Shown here: piece by piece, positions 54,916-64,000 of the stretch
How positions within the stretch are numbered: the stretch's first letter is position 1
How the letters are laid out: every line of letters begins with the position of its first letter
Assembly (NCBI GenBank): GCA_021432655.1
Contig: MU271223.1
Coordinates: forward strand, 62,001 to 126,000
Origin: Atractiella rhizophila
Taxonomy: Eukaryota
Length of the DNA: 64,000 nucleotides
Direction: 5' to 3'
The notes under the pieces: generated by a model
Seen by the model: the letters and a program-made list of their open reading frames with translations, nothing else
Databases searched by the model: none
Told to the model about the DNA's origin: nothing
Made by a program: the position numbers and the translations under genes

Positions 54916-55173
54916 TGTGAGCTGGATCCCAGCGAAGTGTAAGATGGTGGAAAAACCGCTCATGGAATGCAATGGAAAGACGTACCTGGATCCCAGCGAA
55001 GTGTAAGATGGTGGAAAAACCGCTGGGGATCCAGGTGTCCGAGGGACAAACAAAAGCACACCAGTCACGTGCTAGTCACGTGACTATGGCTAACATGGAA
55101 GAAGGAAAGAAGGACAGGGAGAGACTAGGATATGCGACGTGGGCTGAGGGACAATGAGCGTCCAGCTCTCACA
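54916..55173 (-). repeat. 3' LTR (258 bp)
   Basis: TGTGAGCTGG...CCAGCTCTCACA; matches 63453-63710 except one substitution (55112 vs 63649). Confidence 0.97.
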
Positions 55174-55182
55174 CCCCCCCTC
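55174..55182 (-). promoter_or_regulatory. Polypurine tract (GAGGGGGGG)
   Basis: C-run on the plus strand abutting the 3' LTR. Confidence 0.85.
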
Positions 55183-55353
55183 GCTCAGCGCACAAAGCAG
55201 AGTGAAAACAAAAGAAATGAAACATGGAATGATGAACCGAAAAATTAGGAAGGGAAAAATTATTAAAAGACGATAAAGCAAGAAAACGAATGAATCGAAA
55301 AGCAATTATAGACCGAAATCCAATCTCTCTTCAAAAACAAAACAACTAAACTC

Positions 55354-58300
55354 TTATCCAGTAATCAGACCCATCTCAGAACACAATGTCCAATGTTGCA
55401 GGTGGGCTAGTCCTTTTGTCATCACGTCCGCGACCATCTGGTTTGTGGGAATCCATTTGAGGACTATCTGACCGTCTGCGACACGCTCACGAGTGAAGTG
55501 ATAATGCACTTCGACATGTTTCGTGCGACCATGGTTAGCGGGATGCTTAGCAAGTGTTAACGCACCTTGATTATCACCTCGAATCAATGTGGGGGACGTT
55601 TGAGGAAAACCTAAATCACTCATCAACTGTCGAAGCCAAACAGCCTCTCTTGCAGCAGTAGACAAGGCAATATACTCAGCCTCCGTGGATGATATTGCCA
55701 CCGTCGGCTGCATCTTTGATATCCATGAAACTGCTGATCTGCCCAACCGAAAAACAACGCCAGATATTGATCGGCGCGTATCCACGTCAGATGCATGGTC
55801 CGAATCGGAGTAACCGTCAACGGTTGTCGAACCCATTGCGTCCCAAACAAGTTTGAAGTGCTGTGTGCCGTTCAGGTACCGGAATATGCGTTGCACCTGT
55901 GACCAGTGTCTTTTCCCAGGGTTAGCACAAAATCTAGCAGCTCTGTTGACTGCAAACGCTATATCTGGGCGAGTGTTTACCGCTGCAAAAATGAGTGCCC
56001 CAACCGCTTCACGGTAGGGTACACGCTTCATGTAGTTGTGCTCCTCTTCCGTTGATGGTGCCCATTCCTTGGTGACTTTGTCGTCGATGTCACAAGGAGT
56101 CTTCACAGGTCTAGAATCCCCCATCATGTACTTTTCAATACACTTACGTACGTAGCTCTCCTGATCGAGAGTAACTCTGCTGTTCTCCTCATCCCATTCT
56201 ATGCGCATCCCAAGAAAATTGGAAACCGGAGAAGTAGTAATCTTGAATCGTGATCGCAGTAACGTGAACAATCGTTCGATGAGCTGGTGTGAAGACGCCG
56301 CAACCAGACCATCATCAACATGTAAACAGATAATTGTGAGCTCCTGTGAAAGATCAGTACCCTCACGCTTAACGTACACACCATGATCAGCGTTGGTACG
56401 AACGTAACCATTGTCTATGAGAAAAGAATGGAAGGTATCATACCAGCCCTTGCCAGCCTGACGAAGGCCATAAAGTGTCTTTCTGAGCCGAAATACCTTT
56501 TTAGGGTCGCTAGGATCAACAAAACCCTGTGGCTGACGCAGATACACCTCTTCGTCCAGCGTACCGTTCAGGAATGCGTTTCCAATGTCGAACTGTGCAA
56601 GTTTAAGTCGTTCCGTGGCTGCTATCGATAACGTGCTCCGCAATGAGGACATTCGGACCGTAGGGGCAAATGTCTCGGTGAAATCTATACCCTCCCTCTG
56701 CCGGTCACCTCTGGCTACAAGTCTAGCCTTGTATTTTATCACATTACCATCCAAATCGCGTTTGATGAGAAGGACCCATTTGCAGTCAATCGCACGCTTG
56801 CCCACAGGCAACTCTACCAAGCGTTCTTCCCACGTCCCCATCGCTTGCAGCGCAGATATCTCTGCCAATATTGCCGCCCACCATTTGTCGGCGTCTGGAC
56901 CTTGGAGAGCCTGACGGAAGGATGGTTCGTCTATATTCCCATTCCAGTTAACCCCAACGGCATATACTTCCCATTTCCTCTGCAGTTCAGGGTACCCCAC
57001 GCTCACAGCCTGCCCAGATCTACACATCTCACGATTCATAGTGGCGGCAGCCACAGAAGGAACGTAGTCCTTTGGTCCTACCCAAATATGAGAGTTGGCG
57101 TATAAAGATGATATCTGAGCCTGTAGAGTAGTCGAGGATTGTTCTGTGGGATCAGGAAATGCTTGCGTGCGTAGAATCGGTGGGGACGGAATTCGTAAGT
57201 TTCCTCGTTGTTTACCTGTATGCAGTACCTTGTAATCACGTCTAGGAACATTACGTCGAGGTCTTGCAGAAGGAGGAGGATAGGGGCGAGGAACAGAATC
57301 ATTTACCACTTGTCTGCGGTAGCGGCTCTGTATCATTTCAGACGCGCTGCCATCGCCCTCCAGATCATTCTCCTTTCCAGTAACATCACCCCCAATGTCA
57401 GGGTTGACCGTTTCAGAAGGAGGCGAAGTAGCATCGGTAGTAGAGGTCGGTTCAGGAAAGGATATATCCGGTGGTTGTAGGATAGCGGAAGGTTCTGGTA
57501 TGCTCACAGTCACATTATCAGCCAAGGCATCAAACTCAGAGGGCATAAAATCGTTCGTGGTCCACTTAGCCAAAACCCGTGTCTCCTCCTCTGTCCTATC
57601 TTTGTAAAACTGATCCTCAAACCAGCGTACCTCCTTCGATTGGACGAAACGACGCTCCTTCGGCAACCAAAACAGCCAGCCCTTCGATCCTTCGAGGTAT
57701 CCAACGAAGTAACCAATGGCACCACGCGGGTCTAGCTTTGACCTTTGCCTCTCGACAGGGATATGGATGACAGCCAGGCAACCAAAAGTGCGTAGGTGTG
57801 AGACATCCGGCGTCGATCCCGACCACAATGCCTCCGGGCATTTCCAAGTCCCATGGGAAAACGTAGGTAAACGATTCAAAGTGTAAACTGCAAATTGGAC
57901 TGCTTTTTCCCAGAAAGATAATGGCAAACCAGATTCAAAGAGGATAGTGCGTGCCACGTCAAAAAGAGTATACCAACGACGTTCAATGAAACCCATTTGG
58001 TTGTGAATATAAGGAATGGATGTTTGATGTGTAATACCATGCGAACGAACAAAATCCTGAAAATGAACAGATTTGAACTCACCCCCATTGTCGCTTCGAA
58101 TAACCTTCACTTTAATGCCTACACGTCGCTCAGATTGGCGTATCCATTCCTTCAGCGCCCCAGCTGCATCTGATTTCGCATGCAGGGGAATCCACCACAT
58201 CTTAGCGGTGGCATCATCGATGATCCCAAGTCCGTATCTCTCACCGGTCTGCAACGCAGAGACCGGGGCAGGACCCCACAGGTCACAATCAACTCGTTCA

Positions 58301-61300
58301 CCCTTGGTGTTCGAGGAAGACATTGTGGTTACACGATTCGGTCGAGCTTTCGATTTTCCGGCGGCACAGGCAACACACGGAGGTAACGAGGTCGCATTGC
58401 AATCGAAACCCGACACCCAATCCCCGTTACAAAGCTCTTTCCACCTCTTCGAACCTATATGGCCCAAACGTGCGTGCCAGGTTTGAGGAGTCGTAACTGC
58501 AAAGGCAGACGTGTGAGACAGAGCATTGGAAGCCTTCGCAGGCCGGGAAGGGGCACTCGCCTCCAATTCAATTTGTCCTACGCCAAAAACCGCTCTTCCA
58601 AAGTGCGCGCCAGCCTCGCGACGGAAGAACATGTTGCGGCGGTCATTGGTGAACTTGATCCCACGTTTCATGAGGTCGAGTTGGGAGATCAAGTTGACAC
58701 CGAGACCTGGTACGTAGAATCCCGTTCCAAAATCCGCTTCAGATATGACCCTGCCGGACCGGTCTTCCAATAATGGTTTGACCCGTCCGACGTGCGTTGC
58801 GAATCCGCCGCTGCCAAAAGCACCACCAACAAATATCGGAGGAGTGAGAGGTTGCATGTCGGTAAATAACTCTGGGGAACCTGACATGTGGACGGATGCG
58901 GCAGAGTCAAGGAATGTTGATACAGGGACGGTTTCCATTCCGGGGATATCACGGGAGAGGAAGCGGAAGGCGCCATCAGGGATAACAGCGTCGTAAGTTG
59001 TGAACGGAGAGTTGGAGGAAGTCGAATGTGAATTGGGAAGAGTATGAAAAGCCGAAGGAGGAGGAGTGGACATCGCAGCCTGAGCATTTGTGGCGACATT
59101 AACAGGAAGGTTCATATCAACAACGCAAGAAGGAGATCGTAAAGCTATGAGTAGATCAGAAGTCAAAGAAAAAGGCTGAAACGTTTGAGAATATAAAGCC
59201 ACATCAAATTGAGGGAGAGACAGAAGATAATCAATATTAGAAAGATGGTCAAGAGAAGATTTCGAAATTTTCTGATTTGAGCAAGTAAATGGTGAAGTAA
59301 CGAATGCAGAAGGTCGATGAGAAGGGGATAAAACTGAATCGGAGGGCATAGGGTCGTCGTGAGGATGTTCATTGTCGGAAACAGATTCAAAAGCGAGATA
59401 TTGTGCGTCAGTAATTGTATGAAGAGCTTCATCGAAAGATGTCGGGCTGCCAGTGGAGTAGGTCGTGTGAGTAAGGTAATGAGAATTCGCTTCAGGAACA
59501 CGTCTATGCCGAGTGAATTCTGGGAGGTAAAGCGGGTGGCATTCCAGGTCCATATGCGTGGTAGGGTGAGGAACATCCCATCCACGCTGTTCGTATGCGG
59601 CTTGAACGAAAGAGGGCCAGTAAGTCACGTCCCCATTCACGATCAACCTGCCATCTCCACCACCATCCCATCTGCCGTCCGGTCCAGGGTTCTCCTGATC
59701 CCGTTGCGATGGAGGGATACGAGTATCAGAAAGAACTGAAGTGGACGTATTGGTGGGACTAGCTATCAGAGCTGTTGACGGGGTCCTATAAAAATATGGC
59801 TGTCGATCCGTCTTGATAGTGATCCCAAGGTCACGAAAAGCTTGAAATCGAGCTCTAGGGCGGTCATCCGGGAGAACTGTGCATTGGTTCGCAATGTGGC
59901 CTTCCCGTAAGCAATATACGCATTGCTGAGGGCCAACAACAAAAAGTCCTGAAGGAGATATGGCCCCTGGCCAGAATTTCAAACCGTCGTAATCCCATGC
60001 CCGAGATCCAAAGGCATGTCGTTCGGGATGCGAGAATACGCGTCGAGTAAAACCCGGCCAGGCCTGGGAGACAATGCCCTTTTGTGGGCTACGGACGTTG
60101 TAGACATCGCGAACGCGGGATTCCGGCGGAGGAAGATCTCTCTGAATCCAACGGCGACGCGGTGTAACAACGGAAGGTGGAGCAGGCGGAGTCTGTGGAG
60201 AAGGTGTACGTGATCGATGATCAGTAGGAGGAGGTAGTAGAGTTTCAGAAGATTGGCGGGTAGGCGTAACAAAATCAGGTGTGGCCGGCGTCGGAGAATA
60301 GGAAAAACGTTGGCGGGTTGGAAATGGAGCCAAGGAGGGTGATGGGGAAAAACGAGGAGGAGTAGACGTGTATCGAGGAGATGACCAGTTTCGGGGATTC
60401 CCGGTGCGTGTGGCATACACACCAATGCTTGACTCCTTGGAGTAAACATCATTCCCCATTTTAGAACCTATATGGCCCAAACGTGCGTGCCAGGTTTGAG
60501 GAGTCGTAACTGCAAAGGCAGACGTGTGAGACAGAGCATTGGAAGCCTTCGCAGGCCGGGAAGGGGCACTCGCCTCCAATTCAATTTGTCCTACGCCAAA
60601 AACCGCTCTTCCAAAGTGCGCGCCAGCCTCGCGACGGAAGAACATGTTGCGGCGGTCATTGGTGAACTTGATCCCACGTTTCATGAGGTCGAGTTGGGAG
60701 ATCAAGTTGACACCGAGACCTGGTACGTAGAATCCCGTTCCAAAATCCGCTTCAGATATGACCCTGCCGGACCGGTCTTCAAATAATGGTTTGACCCGTC
60801 CGACGTGCGTTGCGAATCCGCCGCTGCCAAAAGCACCACCAACAAATATCGGAGGAGTGAGAGGTTGCATGTCGGTAAATAACTCTGGGGAACCTGACAT
60901 GTGGACGGATGCGGCAGAGTCAAGGAATGTTGATACAGGGACGGTTTCCATTCCGGGGATATCACGGGAGAGGAAGCGGAAGGCGCCATCAGGGATAACA
61001 GCGTCGTAAGTTGTGAACGGAGAGTTGGAGGAAGTCGAATGTGAATTGGGAAGAGTATGAAAAGCCGAAGGAGGAGGAGTGGACATCGCAGCCTGAGCAT
61101 TTGTGGCGACATTAACAGGAAGGTTCATATCAACAACGCAAGAAGGAGATCGTAAAGCTATGAGTAGATCAGAAGTCAAAGAAAAAGGCTGAAACGTTTG
61201 AGAATATAAAGCCACATCAAATTGAGGGAGAGACAGAAGATAATCAATATTAGAAAGATGGTCAAGAGAAGATTTCGAAATTTTCTGATTTGAGCAAGTA

Positions 61301-63351
61301 AATGGTGAAGTAACGAATGCAGAAGGTCGATGAGAAGGGGATAAAACTGAATCGGAGGGCATAGGGTCGTCGTGAGGATGTTCATTGTCGGAAACAGATT
61401 CAAAAGCGAGATATTGTGCGTCAGTAATTGTATGAAGAGCTTCATCGAAAGATGTCGGGCTGCCAGTGGAGTAGGTCGTGTGAGTAAGGTAATGAGAATT
61501 CGCTTCAGGAACACGTCTATGCCGAGTGAATTCTGGGAGGTAAAGCGGGTGGCATTCCAGGTCCATATGCGTGGTAGGGTGAGGAACATCCCATCCACGC
61601 TGTTCGTATGCGGCTTGAACGAAAGAGGGCCAGTAAGTCACGTCCCCATTCACGATCAACCTGCCATCTCCACCACCATCCCATCTGCCGTCCGGTCCAG
61701 GGTTCTCCTGATCCCGTTGCGATGGAGGGATACGAGTATCAGAAAGAACTGAAGTGGACGTATTGGTGGGACTAGCTATCAGAGCTGTTGACGGGGTCCT
61801 ATAAAAATATGGCTGTCGATCCGTCTTGATAGTGATCCCAAGGTCACGAAAAGCTTGAAATCGAGCTCTAGGGCGGTCATCCGGGAGAACTGTGCATTGG
61901 TTCGCAATGTGGCCTTCCCGTAAGCAATATACGCATTGCTGAGGGCCAACAACAAAAAGTCCTGAAGGAGATATGGCCCCTGGCCAGAATTTCAAACCGT
62001 CGTAATCCCATGCCCGAGATCCAAAGGCATGTCGTTCGGGATGCGAGAATACGCGTCGAGTAAAACCCGGCCAGGCCTGGGAGACAATGCCCTTTTGTGG
62101 GCTACGGACGTTGTAGACATCGCGAACGCGGGATTCCGGCGGAGGAAGATCTCTCTGAATCCAACGGCGACGCGGTGTAACAACGGAAGGTGGAGCAGGC
62201 GGAGTCTGTGGAGAAGGTGTACGTGATCGATGATCAGTAGGAGGAGGTAGTAGAGTTTCAGAAGATTGGCGGGTAGGCGTAACAAAATCAGGTGTGGCCG
62301 GCGTCGGAGAATAGGAAAAACGTTGGCGGGTTGGAAATGGAGCCAAGGAGGGTGATGGGGAAAAATGAGGAGGAGTAGACGTGTATCGAGGAGATGACCA
62401 GTTTCGGGGATTCCCGGTGCGTGTGGCATACACACCAATGCTTGACTCCTTGGAGTAAACATCATTCCCCATTTTAGCCTCCATAGCACCATGCATCTCC
62501 CTTTGTCGGGCCACTTCCCGAAGGTGCTCAAAGCACTTGGTGAGGTTCTTCCTAGGTACCTTGGCGGTGTCTAAAGCGTGGGCTCGCCAATCCGGATCAA
62601 GAGAGTTAACGAACATCACGAAACGAGTGGCTTCTGGTACCGTAAAGTCTTTGTCCGTTGCCACAAGGTCAGAATAAAGGCGAGACCAATGTGTAATATA
62701 CTCCTGGATTGAATACGTTCCGGAAGTTGAAAAAGAGCATCGGCTAAACGCATCCCAAGCAGTATGGCCACTGAGAGTGTGGGCGTCACCATACACTTCT
62801 CGAAGCTTCGCAATCATTTCTGAGGCAATTCGAATGGTGGTGGGTATTTCGTTGTTGGATACGTGGTCCAAATTCGCTCGAATAACAGCGATCGCGCTCG
62901 CATTACCCGCATTCCACTCAATCATCGCGTTTTCCCACGCCTTCCTCGTCGGCTCAGGAGCATTGTCAGGGGGACGCACAGGTTTCTCCTTAACGAAGTC
63001 CTCCCCATCCGGTCGGTCAATGCAGTACTGGTGGATCTTCATCTGCATCAGTCCACTGGACATCGCTTCCCACCAAGGATCAAAACCCCCTTGAACAGGA
63101 GGTACTCCCTCTATTTTCATGCTCATGCCGCCAATGTTAGGGTTGGATATGCGTATATCCATCGCAGGAAGAGGTTCGAAAGAATTAGATGGTGATGGAG
63201 GATCGGAATGGAGAAGCGGTTCAGTGGTGGCAGGGGATGGAGCCCGGGTTGATTGTGGGTTCGTGGTAGGAGTGGGAAAAAGACGATTATTTGATTGCGT
63301 AAAATGAGGTGGCGGTTCACGTTCGACAGGTGGTGTCGGATATCGAGACAT
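55354..63351 (-). CDS. Copia Gag-Pol polyprotein (2665 aa) with internal 671-aa duplication
   Basis: CCHC knuckle CVYCLREGHIANQC x2, protease FLDSAASVHM x2, WHARLGH x2 with one CxxC, integrase DLWGP/RSDNGGEF/ER, RT KARLVARG, LYGLRQ, LHVDD, RNase H YSDSD, EAEY, DNQGA, ADVMTKGL. Confidence 0.97.
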   Translation of the reverse strand: MSRYPTPPVEREPPPHFTQSNNRLFPTPTTNPQSTRAPSPATTEPLLHSDPPSPSNSFEPLPAMDIRISNPNIGGMSMKIEGVPPVQGGFDPWWEAMSSGLMQMKIHQYCIDRPDGEDFVKEKPVRPPDNAPEPTRKAWENAMIEWNAGNASAIAVIRANLDHVSNNEIPTTIRIASEMIAKLREVYGDAHTLSGHTAWDAFSRCSFSTSGTYSIQEYITHWSRLYSDLVATDKDFTVPEATRFVMFVNSLDPDWRAHALDTAKVPRKNLTKCFEHLREVARQREMHGAMEAKMGNDVYSKESSIGVYATRTGNPRNWSSPRYTSTPPHFSPSPSLAPFPTRQRFSYSPTPATPDFVTPTRQSSETLLPPPTDHRSRTPSPQTPPAPPSVVTPRRRWIQRDLPPPESRVRDVYNVRSPQKGIVSQAWPGFTRRVFSHPERHAFGSRAWDYDGLKFWPGAISPSGLFVVGPQQCVYCLREGHIANQCTVLPDDRPRARFQAFRDLGITIKTDRQPYFYRTPSTALIASPTNTSTSVLSDTRIPPSQRDQENPGPDGRWDGGGDGRLIVNGDVTYWPSFVQAAYEQRGWDVPHPTTHMDLECHPLYLPEFTRHRRVPEANSHYLTHTTYSTGSPTSFDEALHTITDAQYLAFESVSDNEHPHDDPMPSDSVLSPSHRPSAFVTSPFTCSNQKISKSSLDHLSNIDYLLSLPQFDVALYSQTFQPFSLTSDLLIALRSPSCVVDMNLPVNVATNAQAAMSTPPPSAFHTLPNSHSTSSNSPFTTYDAVIPDGAFRFLSRDIPGMETVPVSTFLDSAASVHMSGSPELFTDMQPLTPPIFVGGAFGSGGFATHVGRVKPLFEDRSGRVISEADFGTGFYVPGLGVNLISQLDLMKRGIKFTNDRRNMFFRREAGAHFGRAVFGVGQIELEASAPSRPAKASNALSHTSAFAVTTPQTWHARLGHIGSKMGNDVYSKESSIGVYATRTGNPRNWSSPRYTSTPPRFSPSPSLAPFPTRQRFSYSPTPATPDFVTPTRQSSETLLPPPTDHRSRTPSPQTPPAPPSVVTPRRRWIQRDLPPPESRVRDVYNVRSPQKGIVSQAWPGFTRRVFSHPERHAFGSRAWDYDGLKFWPGAISPSGLFVVGPQQCVYCLREGHIANQCTVLPDDRPRARFQAFRDLGITIKTDRQPYFYRTPSTALIASPTNTSTSVLSDTRIPPSQRDQENPGPDGRWDGGGDGRLIVNGDVTYWPSFVQAAYEQRGWDVPHPTTHMDLECHPLYLPEFTRHRRVPEANSHYLTHTTYSTGSPTSFDEALHTITDAQYLAFESVSDNEHPHDDPMPSDSVLSPSHRPSAFVTSPFTCSNQKISKSSLDHLSNIDYLLSLPQFDVALYSQTFQPFSLTSDLLIALRSPSCVVDMNLPVNVATNAQAAMSTPPPSAFHTLPNSHSTSSNSPFTTYDAVIPDGAFRFLSRDIPGMETVPVSTFLDSAASVHMSGSPELFTDMQPLTPPIFVGGAFGSGGFATHVGRVKPLLEDRSGRVISEADFGTGFYVPGLGVNLISQLDLMKRGIKFTNDRRNMFFRREAGAHFGRAVFGVGQIELEASAPSRPAKASNALSHTSAFAVTTPQTWHARLGHIGSKRWKELCNGDWVSGFDCNATSLPPCVACAAGKSKARPNRVTTMSSSNTKGERVDCDLWGPAPVSALQTGERYGLGIIDDATAKMWWIPLHAKSDAAGALKEWIRQSERRVGIKVKVIRSDNGGEFKSVHFQDFVRSHGITHQTSIPYIHNQMGFIERRWYTLFDVARTILFESGLPLSFWEKAVQFAVYTLNRLPTFSHGTWKCPEALWSGSTPDVSHLRTFGCLAVIHIPVERQRSKLDPRGAIGYFVGYLEGSKGWLFWLPKERRFVQSKEVRWFEDQFYKDRTEEETRVLAKWTTNDFMPSEFDALADNVTVSIPEPSAILQPPDISFPEPTSTTDATSPPSETVNPDIGGDVTGKENDLEGDGSASEMIQSRYRRQVVNDSVPRPYPPPSARPRRNVPRRDYKVLHTGKQRGNLRIPSPPILRTQAFPDPTEQSSTTLQAQISSLYANSHIWVGPKDYVPSVAAATMNREMCRSGQAVSVGYPELQRKWEVYAVGVNWNGNIDEPSFRQALQGPDADKWWAAILAEISALQAMGTWEERLVELPVGKRAIDCKWVLLIKRDLDGNVIKYKARLVARGDRQREGIDFTETFAPTVRMSSLRSTLSIAATERLKLAQFDIGNAFLNGTLDEEVYLRQPQGFVDPSDPKKVFRLRKTLYGLRQAGKGWYDTFHSFLIDNGYVRTNADHGVYVKREGTDLSQELTIICLHVDDGLVAASSHQLIERLFTLLRSRFKITTSPVSNFLGMRIEWDEENSRVTLDQESYVRKCIEKYMMGDSRPVKTPCDIDDKVTKEWAPSTEEEHNYMKRVPYREAVGALIFAAVNTRPDIAFAVNRAARFCANPGKRHWSQVQRIFRYLNGTQHFKLVWDAMGSTTVDGYSDSDHASDVDTRRSISGVVFRLGRSAVSWISKMQPTVAISSTEAEYIALSTAAREAVWLRQLMSDLGFPQTSPTLIRGDNQGALTLAKHPANHGRTKHVEVHYHFTRERVADGQIVLKWIPTNQMVADVMTKGLAHLQHWTLCSEMGLITG
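58451..62477. repeat. 2013-bp in-frame tandem duplication inside the retrotransposon
   Basis: 58451-60464 repeats at 60464-62477; two differences seen (His/Arg in PP.FSP, Phe/Leu in KPL.ED). Confidence 0.97.
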
Positions 63352-63439
63352 ATAACGGAAAACAAAGTGGTGTTACAAAAATGTTGCAGAGGGGCGGTCG
63401 CCCTCATGCTGATGCTTGGAATATGTTCAGTCGCAAGCA

Positions 63440-63452
63440 GCTCTCGCTACCA
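63440..63452 (-). promoter_or_regulatory. Primer-binding site TGGTAGCGAGAGC (initiator tRNA-Met-like)
   Basis: Immediately internal to the 5' LTR; starts with TGG complementary to tRNA CCA; TGGTAGCG matches the start of the Ty1 iMet PBS. Confidence 0.8.
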
Positions 63453-63710
63453 TGTGAGCTGGATCCCAGCGAAGTGTAAGATGGTGGAAAAACCGCTCAT
63501 GGAATGCAATGGAAAGACGTACCTGGATCCCAGCGAAGTGTAAGATGGTGGAAAAACCGCTGGGGATCCAGGTGTCCGAGGGACAAACAAAAGCACACCA
63601 GTCACGTGCTAGTCACGTGACTATGGCTAACATGGAAGAAGGAAAGAAAGACAGGGAGAGACTAGGATATGCGACGTGGGCTGAGGGACAATGAGCGTCC
63701 AGCTCTCACA
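63453..63710 (-). repeat. 5' LTR (258 bp)
   Basis: Direct repeat of 54916-55173; adjacent to the PBS. Confidence 0.97.
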
Positions 63711-64000
63711 CATCAAGGCCTGATAACCTGATGATGAAATTGCTAATCTCTCTGTGTTTGTCAGTATCTATGTATGCAAAACAGTGTGGCTGGAACGAAG
63801 ATTCAATCAATGTTGCCAAATATATCAATCATATCAGATACAACGGACGACTGACGATTCTGAACGATGTTCAAAATTAGCTCATTGCCATGAACTTTTC
63901 TCATGTTTGATCAACAGGAGAAGTTTACAAACGCGACAGTGTTGCGACCCCAAGAACGGCGAGCAATAACCCGTTCAATGTTCCTGAATGTCTTCCATCT

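Larger units (their letters stand above)
54916..63710 (-). mobile_element. Full-length Ty1/copia LTR retrotransposon (8.8 kb)
   Basis: Two 258-bp TG...CA LTRs, PBS, PPT, and a single ORF in Gag-PR-IN-RT-RH order. Confidence 0.98.

Noticed and set aside
54922..55024. 39-bp direct repeats with a 25-bp spacer, superficially CRISPR-like
   Set aside because: Only two units, both inside an LTR of a eukaryotic retrotransposon, with no cas genes.

Overview
Intron-rich, gene-dense fungal (basidiomycete-type) genomic DNA; introns are mostly about 50-70 bp. Housekeeping genes: RPL4, a REX4-like exonuclease, dihydroxyacetone kinase, eIF3a, MET17, YJU2, lipoate-protein ligase, KIN1 kinase, a xylulokinase-like gene and THOC1/HPR1. 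Accessory genes: a YbjQ-like protein, a tautomerase, an S1/P1 nuclease, a hotdog-fold dehydratase and an alpha/beta hydrolase. The right end holds a young, intact Ty1/copia LTR retrotransposon (54916-63710). Most notable: (1) a head-to-head pair of two unrelated nucleotidyltransferase-fold genes, one AbiEii/MenT toxin-like and tandemly duplicated; (2) the copia polyprotein carries an in-frame 2013-bp duplication giving two zinc knuckles and two proteases, and the element has no target-site duplication; (3) a 3-kb tandem duplication creates a C-terminally truncated second eIF3a whose differences are mostly synonymous; (4) two sugar-kinase genes have abnormally long early introns. All family assignments come from motif recognition by eye, not database searches. 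Exon boundaries are inferred, and assembly artefacts cannot be excluded for the duplications.
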